In this document: piece after piece, positions 47,857 to 56,335 of the stretch
How positions within the stretch are numbered: the first letter of the stretch is position 1
Layout of the letters: each line of letters opens with the position of its first letter
NCBI GenBank assembly: GCA_913055645.1
Contig: CAJXLC010000003.1
Span: 3,397-67,396, forward strand
Direction: 5' to 3'
Source: an uncultured Pseudomonadota bacterium
Lineage (GTDB): Bacteria; Pseudomonadota; Zetaproteobacteria; Mariprofundales; Mariprofundaceae
DNA length: 64,000 bases
Made by a program: the position numbers and the translations under genes
Notes under the pieces: generated by a model
Told to the model about the DNA's origin: nothing
Seen by the model: only the letters and a program-made list of their open reading frames with translations
Databases searched by the model: none

Positions 47857-48755
47857 CCGCCAAGCAAGTATCTCCTGAGGTTTATTGCAAAGAAAAAACC
47901 CGTGCTTCAGGTTCATCCTTTGCTTATGCCTTTGGTTTTTTATCCAAAAAACAATGTCGAGCCATGATGGCACTTTATGCCTTTTGCCGTGAAGTGGATG
48001 ACATCGCTGACGAGATTGAAGATAAAGACGAAGCAAAACGACAAATTGCCGAATGGCATGATGAAATACACAACGTTTTTCATGATAAACCCAAACATCC
48101 TGTTGGGCATGAGTTGTATTGGGCTAGAACGTATTTTTCTTGGGATGAAGAATTATTTTATGAAATGCTTGATGGCATGCTCACCGATATTTCAGGCAAA
48201 GCTTTCATCAAAGAAAGTGATTTAAATCTATATTGTTACCGTGTTGCTGGTGTTGTTGGGCTGCTCAGCATTGAAATATTTGGTTATCAACAGCGTCAAT
48301 CACGCCATTTTGCCACCACGCTTGGCAATGCTCTACAACTGACCAATATTTTGCGCGATATTCAAGAAGATATGCAGCGTGGACGCATTTATTTACCACA
48401 AACCGAGCGCATTCGCTTTAAAATCACCGACCAAGATATTTACGATGGCAAACTAACTGAAAACATGCGCGGATTGCTTACATTTTACGGTGAAAAAGCC
48501 GAATCAGCCTATCAACAAGCCCTTGAACAACTACCCATTAAAGATCGCGTCAGCCTACGCCCAGCCATCATCATGGCAGCTATTTATTATGCCCAACTCA
48601 AACGCATGAAGTCCTTTCATTATGACATTTGGAAACACTCTGGACGCATCGCATCATGGCAAAAAATACGCATCGCATGGAAAGCATGGCGTTATGAGAA
48701 AAAGTATGAAAAGTCCTTAAATTTAGAAAAGTATCCACTTCAACTAGATTTCTGA
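47853..48755 (+). CDS. hpnD: Presqualene diphosphate synthase HpnD
   Basis: It has SSFAYAF, EVDDIADE and NILRDIQED. I prefer the start at ATG 47853 because of its 4-nt overlap with hpnC. Confidence 0.8.
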   Translation: MTAKQVSPEVYCKEKTRASGSSFAYAFGFLSKKQCRAMMALYAFCREVDDIADEIEDKDEAKRQIAEWHDEIHNVFHDKPKHPVGHELYWARTYFSWDEELFYEMLDGMLTDISGKAFIKESDLNLYCYRVAGVVGLLSIEIFGYQQRQSRHFATTLGNALQLTNILRDIQEDMQRGRIYLPQTERIRFKITDQDIYDGKLTENMRGLLTFYGEKAESAYQQALEQLPIKDRVSLRPAIIMAAIYYAQLKRMKSFHYDIWKHSGRIASWQKIRIAWKAWRYEKKYEKSLNLEKYPLQLDF

Positions 48756-48827
48756 ATTTAATATAACACTATGCCTATCACCAACCCAACAAATCAACCA
48801 CCCCCACTCGCTTTCGAATGCGCTGAA

Positions 48828-48895
48828 AGTGATAGATTAAAATGGAAAAAGTGCAATATACTTGTTTTATATTGCACCTATTTTAACCTATCACT
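48828..48895 (+). other. Extended hairpin H1 in the hpnD-hpnE spacer
   Basis: Outer arms are AGTGATAGATTAAAAT/ATTTTAACCTATCACT (one mismatch). The inner stem GTGCAATATA/TATATTGCAC is perfect, with a 7-nt loop. Confidence 0.75.
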
Positions 48896-48915
48896 GGAAG
48901 AAAACAGTATACTTC

Positions 48916-48969
48916 TGCGGGCGCACTTTCTTGATTCTTCTTTGGGCGAGCAAAGAAGAAGAACCCGCA
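48916..48969 (+). other. Extended hairpin H2 in the hpnD-hpnE spacer
   Basis: Outer stem is TGCGGG/CCCGCA. The inner stem TTCTTCTTTG/CAAAGAAGAA is perfect, with loop GGCGAG. Confidence 0.75.
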
Positions 48970-48991
48970 ATATAACCTCAGCATACACCCT

Positions 48992-50266
48992 ATGAAGAAA
49001 ACTCATATTGCCATTATCGGTGGAGGACTCACCGGTCTGACAGCCGCCATTCGTGCCGCTAAGCAAGGCTATAATGTTGATTTATACGAAGCCGCACCAC
49101 GGCTTGGTGGACGCACCCAATCATTTTTCCATCAACCAACACAGACATGGATTGATAACGGTCCCCATTTATTGATTGGGGCGTATGAACGGATCATACA
49201 ATTACTTAAAGAAGCCAATGCACTACAAAATACAATGTGGCAAGACACTTTGTCATTACCCCTTTGGGATGAAAGACGCGGACATTTTGCATTAAAAACA
49301 TCACCCAACCTGCCTTTTCCACTGGCACTCATGCGTGCTGTACAACAAATGCCTGAACATGGCTTGCAGATAATCCCCAGCATTCTTCGCCTCGCTTTAA
49401 GCATAAAAAAAGAACAGAAAGGTAGTGTGTTAACATGGATGCAATCAGCCAATATCAAAGAAGCACTGCAACGTGATATGATTGAAGTGCTATGTCTGGG
49501 AGCCATGAATGAGCCTATGGACACTGCCGATGCAGCAAGCTTTGCCAATGTATTGCAACAAGCCTTCGCCAATCATAAAACCGCCCGCTTGGGCTGGTTT
49601 ACCGCACCACTTTCAAAAGCATTGATTGAACCCTTGGAAAAACACTGCCAACAGTTGGGCGTTCATATTCATACATCTTCCCGCGTGCAAAAGCTGTTAA
49701 GCAATGAGCAAAATTGCATATTAACTACGCGTGCTGGCAGTAAAACATATGATAAGGTTATCTTGGCAACACCGCCTTCGATTCGTAATAAGCTTTTGAA
49801 TATCGAACAAAATATTACAACACATGCTATCACCAATGTGCATCTATGGTTTGATGAAAAAATAACATTATCTTCACCATTTATCGGTGGCATTGATACT
49901 TATGGACAATGGTTCTTTGATATTTCTCATCAATTTCATGAAAACAATGAAAAATCACATCATTTATCACATTTATGCGCTGTCATCAGTGCAGATACAA
50001 GCAACAAAACGCATGCAGAAAAGGTATCTACAATTCTTCAAGAATTACAAAAAATAACAGGCTGCACTCATTTAAAAGCAATACATCAACGCATCATTAC
50101 AGTGCAAGCAGCAACCCACCTTGTACGCCCTCCTCAAACACCTTCTGTGCTACCCAAGCATATCATTGATGCTTGTGAACAACCGATATCAGGTGAGCTC
50201 CCTGCAACCATTGAGTCCGCCATCATGCGTGGCGAACACGCTATTTTACAATTACTTTCGACTTAA
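48992..50266 (+). CDS. hpnE: Hydroxysqualene dehydroxylase HpnE (FAD amine-oxidase family)
   Basis: It has IIGGGLTGLTAA and follows hpnC-hpnD. Its 3' end overlaps the convergent pepA by 15 nt. Confidence 0.8.
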   Translation: MKKTHIAIIGGGLTGLTAAIRAAKQGYNVDLYEAAPRLGGRTQSFFHQPTQTWIDNGPHLLIGAYERIIQLLKEANALQNTMWQDTLSLPLWDERRGHFALKTSPNLPFPLALMRAVQQMPEHGLQIIPSILRLALSIKKEQKGSVLTWMQSANIKEALQRDMIEVLCLGAMNEPMDTADAASFANVLQQAFANHKTARLGWFTAPLSKALIEPLEKHCQQLGVHIHTSSRVQKLLSNEQNCILTTRAGSKTYDKVILATPPSIRNKLLNIEQNITTHAITNVHLWFDEKITLSSPFIGGIDTYGQWFFDISHQFHENNEKSHHLSHLCAVISADTSNKTHAEKVSTILQELQKITGCTHLKAIHQRIITVQAATHLVRPPQTPSVLPKHIIDACEQPISGELPATIESAIMRGEHAILQLLST

Positions 50267-51748
50267 ATAATCCACGACCAAGCGCACACCAGCACCTGTT
50301 GCTCCGCCCACAGGTGAAATATCTGTGCCATTCATATTCCAAGCTGTACCTGCAATATCCAAATGCGCCCACGGCACATCTTCAACAAAACGCGATAAAA
50401 AACATGCCGCAGTAATCGTTCCAGCTTCTCTGCCACCTGTATTTTTAATATCGGCAATTTTGGAATCAATTTGTTTTTGATATTCATCAAATAATGGCAA
50501 TTCCCATACGCGATCATGGCTATGCATGCCCGATTCTTTCAAACCTTTCTTTACCTTTTCACCCGTACCCATCAAACCCGTAGCTTGACCACCCAAAGCA
50601 ATCACACATGCACCAGTCAACGTTGCGAAATCAATGATTTCACTAGGCTTTTGTTCAACAGCGTAAGCCAGTGCATCACATAAAATAAGACGACCTTCCG
50701 CATCAGTATTAAGCACTTCAATGGTAGTGCCTTTATATGATGTCACAATATCACCTGGTTTATATGCTGCCGAACCCAAAAGGTTTTCAGTCGATGGAAT
50801 CACACCCAATACATTCATGGGCAAGTCCATTTCCGTAATGGATTTAAAGATACCCAATACAGCAGCGGAACCGCACATATCAAACTTCATTTCATCCATC
50901 GCTGCCGAAGGTTTAATTGAAATACCACCCGCATCAAAGGTTAAGCCTTTACCTACCAATGCCACAGGCGCATCGCCTTTTTTACCACCATTATATTCCA
51001 AAACAATAAAGCGCGGCTCTTTGATTGAACCCTGATTCACTGCCAATAGTGCTGTAAAACCAGCCTTTTCAATCGCCGCCTTGTCCATCACCGTTACTTT
51101 TAAGTTTTTATGCGATAATCCTGCCGCCTCATTACCCAGCCATTCGGGTGTACAAACATTGCCTGGTTCGTTTGCTAAATCACGCGCAAAAATAGTTCCT
51201 AAAGCCACAGCTTTGGCATTTGACAGTGCCGCCTCCGCAGCATCCAAATCACGGCGCGATGTCAGCATAATATTCACTGAACGCAAAGCCCGTTTATTTT
51301 CTTTTCTCTTGGTCTGATATTTATCAAATTTGTATAAACCCAACCAAATACCTTCTGCCACTGCCTGTACTTTATCTGCTAAGCTTGCACCTTTTACATC
51401 CAGCTCTGTTAAATACAATGCCGCACCACGCACGCCACTTTTTTCAAGTTTTGCTGCAATCTTCGCCGCCAACACACGTAATTTATGCAGACTTAAATCC
51501 TTTTCATGACCAGCCCCTAAAAAAATAGCCCTATGACCATGCATGCCTACCACATCATACAATGTTCTCGATGCGCCAAAATCTCCCAATAAATCAAACT
51601 TACGTAAAAAATCTGCAACCGTATCACCTGTTGCTTCTTGCAGCTCTTTACCCGATTCAGTCAGCTTCCTGCCCTCTAATAAAGGAAGAACCACAGCATC
51701 TTCACGTTGTTTGTCTGCATTGCCTGCTTTCACGTTAATCTGAATCAT
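50252..51748 (-). CDS. pepA: Leucyl aminopeptidase (M17)
   Basis: 498 aa with the motifs NTDAEGRL and VGKGLTFDAGG. Confidence 0.93.
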   Translation of the reverse strand: MIQINVKAGNADKQREDAVVLPLLEGRKLTESGKELQEATGDTVADFLRKFDLLGDFGASRTLYDVVGMHGHRAIFLGAGHEKDLSLHKLRVLAAKIAAKLEKSGVRGAALYLTELDVKGASLADKVQAVAEGIWLGLYKFDKYQTKRKENKRALRSVNIMLTSRRDLDAAEAALSNAKAVALGTIFARDLANEPGNVCTPEWLGNEAAGLSHKNLKVTVMDKAAIEKAGFTALLAVNQGSIKEPRFIVLEYNGGKKGDAPVALVGKGLTFDAGGISIKPSAAMDEMKFDMCGSAAVLGIFKSITEMDLPMNVLGVIPSTENLLGSAAYKPGDIVTSYKGTTIEVLNTDAEGRLILCDALAYAVEQKPSEIIDFATLTGACVIALGGQATGLMGTGEKVKKGLKESGMHSHDRVWELPLFDEYQKQIDSKIADIKNTGGREAGTITAACFLSRFVEDVPWAHLDIAGTAWNMNGTDISPVGGATGAGVRLVVDYLSRK

Positions 51749-51893
51749 CTAAATACCTCTAAATTGGAAAATATCATCCAAATAGTAATTTTATTACGTT
51801 TTATCATATAAAGTTAAATTCTAATTGCAAGAAAAAGCCATACAAAGCACTTTATAGATAAAAATATGAAATGTTTTCCATCTATATATCCCC

Positions 51894-51922
51894 TTGACTA
51901 TTTAGCTATATTAGTCTATAAA
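51894..51922 (+). promoter_or_regulatory. Sigma70-type promoter placed for a leaderless transcript of the receiver gene
   Basis: TTGACT (51894-51899), a 17-nt spacer, then TATAAA (51917-51922). The A of ATG 51929 lies 7 nt after the -10 element. Confidence 0.45.
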
Positions 51923-51928
51923 AAATAC

Positions 51929-52378
51929 ATGTTTCACATTATTGATGATGAAGAGATACTTCGCGAGTTCACTGAGTCCATACTGGTTGATTGTGGCTTC
52001 GATGTTTTATGTTTTGAATCTGGCAATCAATATCTTGAATACTTAAACTCACCTAAATTTAAAAAACCAATTGCCGTATTAAGTGATGTCACCATGCCTG
52101 GTATCAATGGTTATGATTTAGCACTTGAAATTCGAAAGATACTTCCATTCCAAAAAATAATTCTCATTACAGGTAATGCCGACCCCGAACATTATACAGA
52201 GGCCGCTAAACAGGTATGTTATACGCTCAATAAACCATACAGCCCAGAGAAGCTCATTTCCATAATACAAGGTATAACCGCTTGTAATCATTTATATGCC
52301 TCAAATAAAGAGGCAGAATACCCTCAAATGTGTAGCATGAATCCTTTATCTTACTGCCCATTTAGCTGTCAGAGTTAA
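51929..52378 (+). CDS. Stand-alone response-regulator receiver protein with Cys-rich C-terminal tail
   Basis: It has MFHIIDDEE, the phospho-acceptor context VLSDVTMPG, and LNKPY. The tail contains four Cys (CNH..C..C..C). The track ORF starts at 51866, but the REC fold begins at 51929. Confidence 0.72.
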   Translation: MFHIIDDEEILREFTESILVDCGFDVLCFESGNQYLEYLNSPKFKKPIAVLSDVTMPGINGYDLALEIRKILPFQKIILITGNADPEHYTEAAKQVCYTLNKPYSPEKLISIIQGITACNHLYASNKEAEYPQMCSMNPLSYCPFSCQS

Positions 52379-52398
52379 AAATAAAAAAGCTTGGAGTA

Positions 52399-53331
52399 TC
52401 ACTCTAGAATAGTGCCAATGCTTAGCTTAGAACCACGTAAATAATCAGCCGCTAGCATCACTTTCTTACCTTCTGGCTGCAATACAGTGATGCGATATAC
52501 GCTGCCATTCCCACAAACCACATCCAAGCCTTCTTTTACACCAATAATTTCACCTTTACTCTTATGCACCGTGTTCGCTAGAACTTCACCCGCAACCACC
52601 TTTAGCCATTTTCCACCTGCCAATGTTCTCGCACCAGGCTTGGGAGAGAAACATCGAACTACACGGTCAACTGCTGTGGCAGCCATGCTCCAATCAATCA
52701 TTCGCTCTTCATTTTGAAGTTTCTTCGCATAGGTCATACCCTGCTCATCTTGCGGCACACATGCCAATCCATCAAAAATCTTCGGTAATGTTTCAACCAA
52801 TAGCTTCGCACCCATAGGAGCCAATGCAAACCACAAATCTGAACCTGTCGTTGCATCTGTAATTGGCATACTTTGGCAGGCATAAATGCCGCCTGTATCT
52901 AGCCCTTCTTCCATATGCATGATGCATACACCTGTTTCATCATCGCCTGCCAATAAGGCACGTTCAATCGGTGCTGCACCACGCCAACGAGGCAAGAGTG
53001 ATGCATGGACATTAATCGGTGCAATAGCTACCGCATCAAGCCATTGTTTGGGTAAAATCATGCCAAATGCCACAACCACCAAAAAATCAGCTTTTTTTGC
53101 ATTTAACCATGCCAAAGCCTCATCATTATTGCGTAGTGATTCAGGGGTAATAACATCAATCCCCGCATCCAAAGCCGCTTTTTTAACAGGGCTAGGAGTT
53201 AGTTTCATACCACGCCCTGATTTACGGTCAGGCTGGGATACCACACCCACCACATCCATATCAGGTGCATCCAACAGTGCCTGCAAACATGGCACAGAAA
53301 ATCCAGGTGTTGCTGCAAAAACAATACGCAT
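52399..53331 (-). CDS. fmt: Methionyl-tRNA formyltransferase
   Basis: 310 aa with MRIVFAATP and HASLLPRWRGAAPI. Confidence 0.95.
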   Translation of the reverse strand: MRIVFAATPGFSVPCLQALLDAPDMDVVGVVSQPDRKSGRGMKLTPSPVKKAALDAGIDVITPESLRNNDEALAWLNAKKADFLVVVAFGMILPKQWLDAVAIAPINVHASLLPRWRGAAPIERALLAGDDETGVCIMHMEEGLDTGGIYACQSMPITDATTGSDLWFALAPMGAKLLVETLPKIFDGLACVPQDEQGMTYAKKLQNEERMIDWSMAATAVDRVVRCFSPKPGARTLAGGKWLKVVAGEVLANTVHKSKGEIIGVKEGLDVVCGNGSVYRITVLQPEGKKVMLAADYLRGSKLSIGTILE

Positions 53332-53338
53332 TATAAAC

Positions 53339-53887
53339 TCACTTCTTATAAAATTTTATTAACTTCTTGCGAATCATTTTGCGTTTTAAGGGTGATAAAT
53401 AATCGACAAACAACTTGCCATCCAAATGATCAAACTCATGCTGCAATGCCACAGCTTCAAAATCTTCAAAATCTTGCTCGTGCTGCTCGCCATCTAAATC
53501 AAACCACCGCAAACGCACGGCTGCTGGACGCTCTACATTTTCATAAATCTCTGGCACAGATAGGCAGCCCTCTTCAAAAGTTTGTTTCTCATCGCTGTGC
53601 CATAGAAATTCGGGGTTAATCCAGACTTTCAAATTCCGCTCTGGCTCCATCTCTTTACCCGTATCTTCATCTTCATAACGACCACTACGCCAATCGGTAT
53701 CGGTAACCGCTACACGTAAAGACACACCAATTTGCGGTGCAGCCAAACCCACGCCTGGTGCATCATACATGGTGTCCGCCATATCCTGAACTAATGCTTT
53801 AATCTCATCCGATGTTGGGTCTACCACTGGCTTTGCAACCGTTTCCAACACTTTATCGGGGTAAATCAATATCTCACGAATCGCCAT
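53339..53887 (-). CDS. def: Peptide deformylase
   Basis: It has the motifs GVGLAAPQIG, EGCLSVP and QHEFDHL. Confidence 0.95.
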   Translation of the reverse strand: MAIREILIYPDKVLETVAKPVVDPTSDEIKALVQDMADTMYDAPGVGLAAPQIGVSLRVAVTDTDWRSGRYEDEDTGKEMEPERNLKVWINPEFLWHSDEKQTFEEGCLSVPEIYENVERPAAVRLRWFDLDGEQHEQDFEDFEAVALQHEFDHLDGKLFVDYLSPLKRKMIRKKLIKFYKK

Positions 53888-55104
53888 TATTCTGCTGCAT
53901 CCAACCCAAAAGCACTATGCAATGCACGCACAGCCAACTCGACATATTTTTCTTCCAACACAACCGTTACTTTGATTTCACTGGTGGTAATCATCTGAAT
54001 ATTGATGTTGTCATTAGACAAAATATCAAACATTTTACGTGCTACACCTGCATGCGAACGCATACCCACACCAATAATGGATACTTTGGCAACACTATCG
54101 TCACCCTTTACTTTTTCGGCTTTCATTTCATTACACAAATTTTGTAATATGGCCATCGTGGCTGCATAATCATCGCGCGGCACCGTAAATGTCATATCGG
54201 TAAAGCCTTGCTCACTCACATTTTGTACAATCACATCAACATTGATACCGGCATCTGCCACAGGCCCAAAAATACGTGCTGCAATACCTGGCTGATCAGG
54301 AATACCCTTAATCGTAACCTTGGCTTCATCACGATGATAAGCCACACCCGTAATTTCTGCTCTTTCCATACCTGTATCCTCGCCATTGACCATCGTGCCA
54401 GTCACATCTTCAAAACTAGAACGTAAATGAATAGGCATATTAAAGCGCATTGCCAGTTCAACACTCCGTGTTTGCAAGACTTTTGCACCCAAGGATGCAA
54501 ACTCTAACATTTCTTCATAACTAATTTCTTTAAGCTTTGATGCCTGCGGAACAATACGCGGGTCAGTGGTATAAATACCATTCACATCGGTATAAATATC
54601 ACAAACATCCGCTTTTACCGCAACCGCCAAAGCCACAGCCGATGTATCTGAACCACCACGACCCAATGTAGTAACATTTCCATGTTCATCACAGCCTTGA
54701 AAACCCGTAACAACAGGCACTTCACCTGCTTGCATATGACGAATTAAATGCTCACTTTGTACACCTTTAATACGTGCGCGAGCATGACTACTGTCTGTAC
54801 GAAAGCCTGCTTGTGAACCATTATAGGAATAGGCTGGTACGCCCAACCGATTGAGTTCCATCGCCAGCAAAGCTGCACTCACCTGCTCGCCTGTTGAGAT
54901 CAAGGCATCCATTTCACGTGCAGGAACATCTCCACCAAGTTCATCTGCCATTCCAATTAAGCGGTTGGTTTCACCACTCATGGCAGACACGACAACCGCA
55001 ACTTCATTGCCACGTGCCAAATCAGCCTGAATTAACTTAGCAGTCGCACGAATTCTATCCAGTGAGCCAACCGATGTGCCGCCATATTTATGTACAATCC
55101 GCAT
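53887..55104 (-). CDS. lysC: Aspartate kinase (monofunctional, two ACT domains)
   Basis: 405 aa with HKYGGTSVG. It has 1-nt overlaps (TAATG type) with both neighbours. Confidence 0.92.
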   Translation of the reverse strand: MRIVHKYGGTSVGSLDRIRATAKLIQADLARGNEVAVVVSAMSGETNRLIGMADELGGDVPAREMDALISTGEQVSAALLAMELNRLGVPAYSYNGSQAGFRTDSSHARARIKGVQSEHLIRHMQAGEVPVVTGFQGCDEHGNVTTLGRGGSDTSAVALAVAVKADVCDIYTDVNGIYTTDPRIVPQASKLKEISYEEMLEFASLGAKVLQTRSVELAMRFNMPIHLRSSFEDVTGTMVNGEDTGMERAEITGVAYHRDEAKVTIKGIPDQPGIAARIFGPVADAGINVDVIVQNVSEQGFTDMTFTVPRDDYAATMAILQNLCNEMKAEKVKGDDSVAKVSIIGVGMRSHAGVARKMFDILSNDNINIQMITTSEIKVTVVLEEKYVELAVRALHSAFGLDAAE

Positions 55105-55514
55105 TACTTATTACCCACTGGAATCGTTGCTATAGCAAGTTTACCCATGCCCAATCCACGCACTGTATCCATCACATAAACCACTCGCTTATGGCGTGTT
55201 TCTGCATCAGCACGCAATACCACTCGCATATTCGGGTCACCTTTACTGATATTCAAAATACGGCGACGAAGAGCTCCATCTTCTACTGCTTCTTGCTGCA
55301 CATATAACTGCCCAGACGCATCAATGCTCACCAATACTTGATCGACTTGTTTATCTTGCGTCGCAGTTTTACTCGATGGTAATTCCAATTTCAAACTATC
55401 CGAGACAGTAAAACTCGTTGAAACCATGAAAAAGATTAACATCAAAAACACCACATCCACCAATGGTGTCATTTCCACCATAAAGTCGGCGCGTTTACGC
55501 TCCCTTAATTTCAT
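55104..55514 (-). CDS. exbD: ExbD/TolR family biopolymer transport protein
   Basis: 136 aa with a single TM segment, TPLVDVVFLMLIFFMV. Confidence 0.85.
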   Translation of the reverse strand: MKLRERKRADFMVEMTPLVDVVFLMLIFFMVSTSFTVSDSLKLELPSSKTATQDKQVDQVLVSIDASGQLYVQQEAVEDGALRRRILNISKGDPNMRVVLRADAETRHKRVVYVMDTVRGLGMGKLAIATIPVGNK

Positions 55515-56119
55515 TCACGATCACCCTTTAATAAATCCACAAAGCGCAAGGCATGCTCTTCAATTTCAATCACAAAACGATTGACCTTGGCTTCAAACAT
55601 ACGGTAAGCCACCAAAGCAGGAATCGCCACAGTCAAACCCGCAGCAGTTGTATTCAACGCTTTAGAAATACCACCTGCCAACACATCCGCTTTGCCAACA
55701 CCTTCAATCGAAATAACCTGAAACACCTCAATCATACCAATCACTGTTCCCAAAAGACCCAATAAAGGAGAAATCGCAGCAATCACACCTAAAACACCAA
55801 TATACCTATCCAAATGCGCCACTTCTTGGCGACCAGTTTCCTCTAATATCTCTTTCATCACAGAACGTTTTACACCACGGTTTTTCAATGCCAACCATAA
55901 AATCCTATCCATGGCTGTATTGTTTTTCTCACAGGCCGCAATCGCCTCATCCACTTGCCCAGATCGCACATACGATTCTATATCTGCCACATCTTTCGTG
56001 GGCACAACAACTGAACGACGTAGACTCCAAGAGCGCTCAAAAATCAGCGTCACTGTGATAATGGAAAGAGCAAGAAGCACATAAATAACAATGCCCCCTT
56101 GGCTGATAAATTCGTACAC
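55511..56119 (-). CDS. exbB: ExbB/TolQ (MotA) family proton channel
   Basis: 202 aa with three TM segments. The GTG start is preceded by AGGAGG. Confidence 0.85.
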   Translation of the reverse strand: MYEFISQGGIVIYVLLALSIITVTLIFERSWSLRRSVVVPTKDVADIESYVRSGQVDEAIAACEKNNTAMDRILWLALKNRGVKRSVMKEILEETGRQEVAHLDRYIGVLGVIAAISPLLGLLGTVIGMIEVFQVISIEGVGKADVLAGGISKALNTTAAGLTVAIPALVAYRMFEAKVNRFVIEIEEHALRFVDLLKGDRE

Positions 56120-56204
56120 GTATTGCCTCCTGATTCAATCAATGATATTGAACGCTATAGCTAAATAGCGATGCAAGTTGATTTACAACTTCCAAACGCT
56201 TGCA

Positions 56205-56325
56205 GTAACTGTTCAGATTGCCGCTAATTTACCCAAGGTCAAGGCAAAAAAGCGCAGCGTACTCTTGTACGTGAGCATTATTCAACGCAGAAATTGGATA
56301 AATCAGTGGTGAGCTGAATAGTTAC
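56205..56325. repeat. Long imperfect inverted repeat R4 (family module M3 in both arms)
   Basis: The 27-nt arms lie at 56205-56231 and 56299-56325 and are complementary at 21/27 positions. The apex hairpin is CGTAC-TCTT-GTACG (56258-56271). Confidence 0.75.
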
Positions 56326-56335
56326 AAGTTGCGGA

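Noticed and set aside
48771-48995. 74-aa ORF filling the hpnD-hpnE spacer and ending in ATGA with hpnE
   Set aside because: It has no Shine-Dalgarno sequence, and its sequence is dominated by the two hairpin elements. The translation (for example NILVLYCTYFNLSLEE...RRRTRNITS) does not look like a protein. I treated it as noncoding structure.
52886-53362. 158-aa plus-strand ORF antisense to fmt. Similar long antisense ORFs lie at 42975-43364 (ribBA), 39444-39911 (AddA-like), 49132-49572 (hpnE), 21581-21994 and 23130-23507 (SNF2), 15565-15954 and 30284-30676 / 31127-31504 (kinases), 19257-19649 (DppD-like), 388-681 (lolC) and 32746-33099 (ABC-F).
   Set aside because: Each is fully embedded opposite a gene with strong family motifs. 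Their Ser/Pro/Arg/Cys-rich, low-complexity translations and lack of ribosome-binding sites are typical of shadow ORFs.
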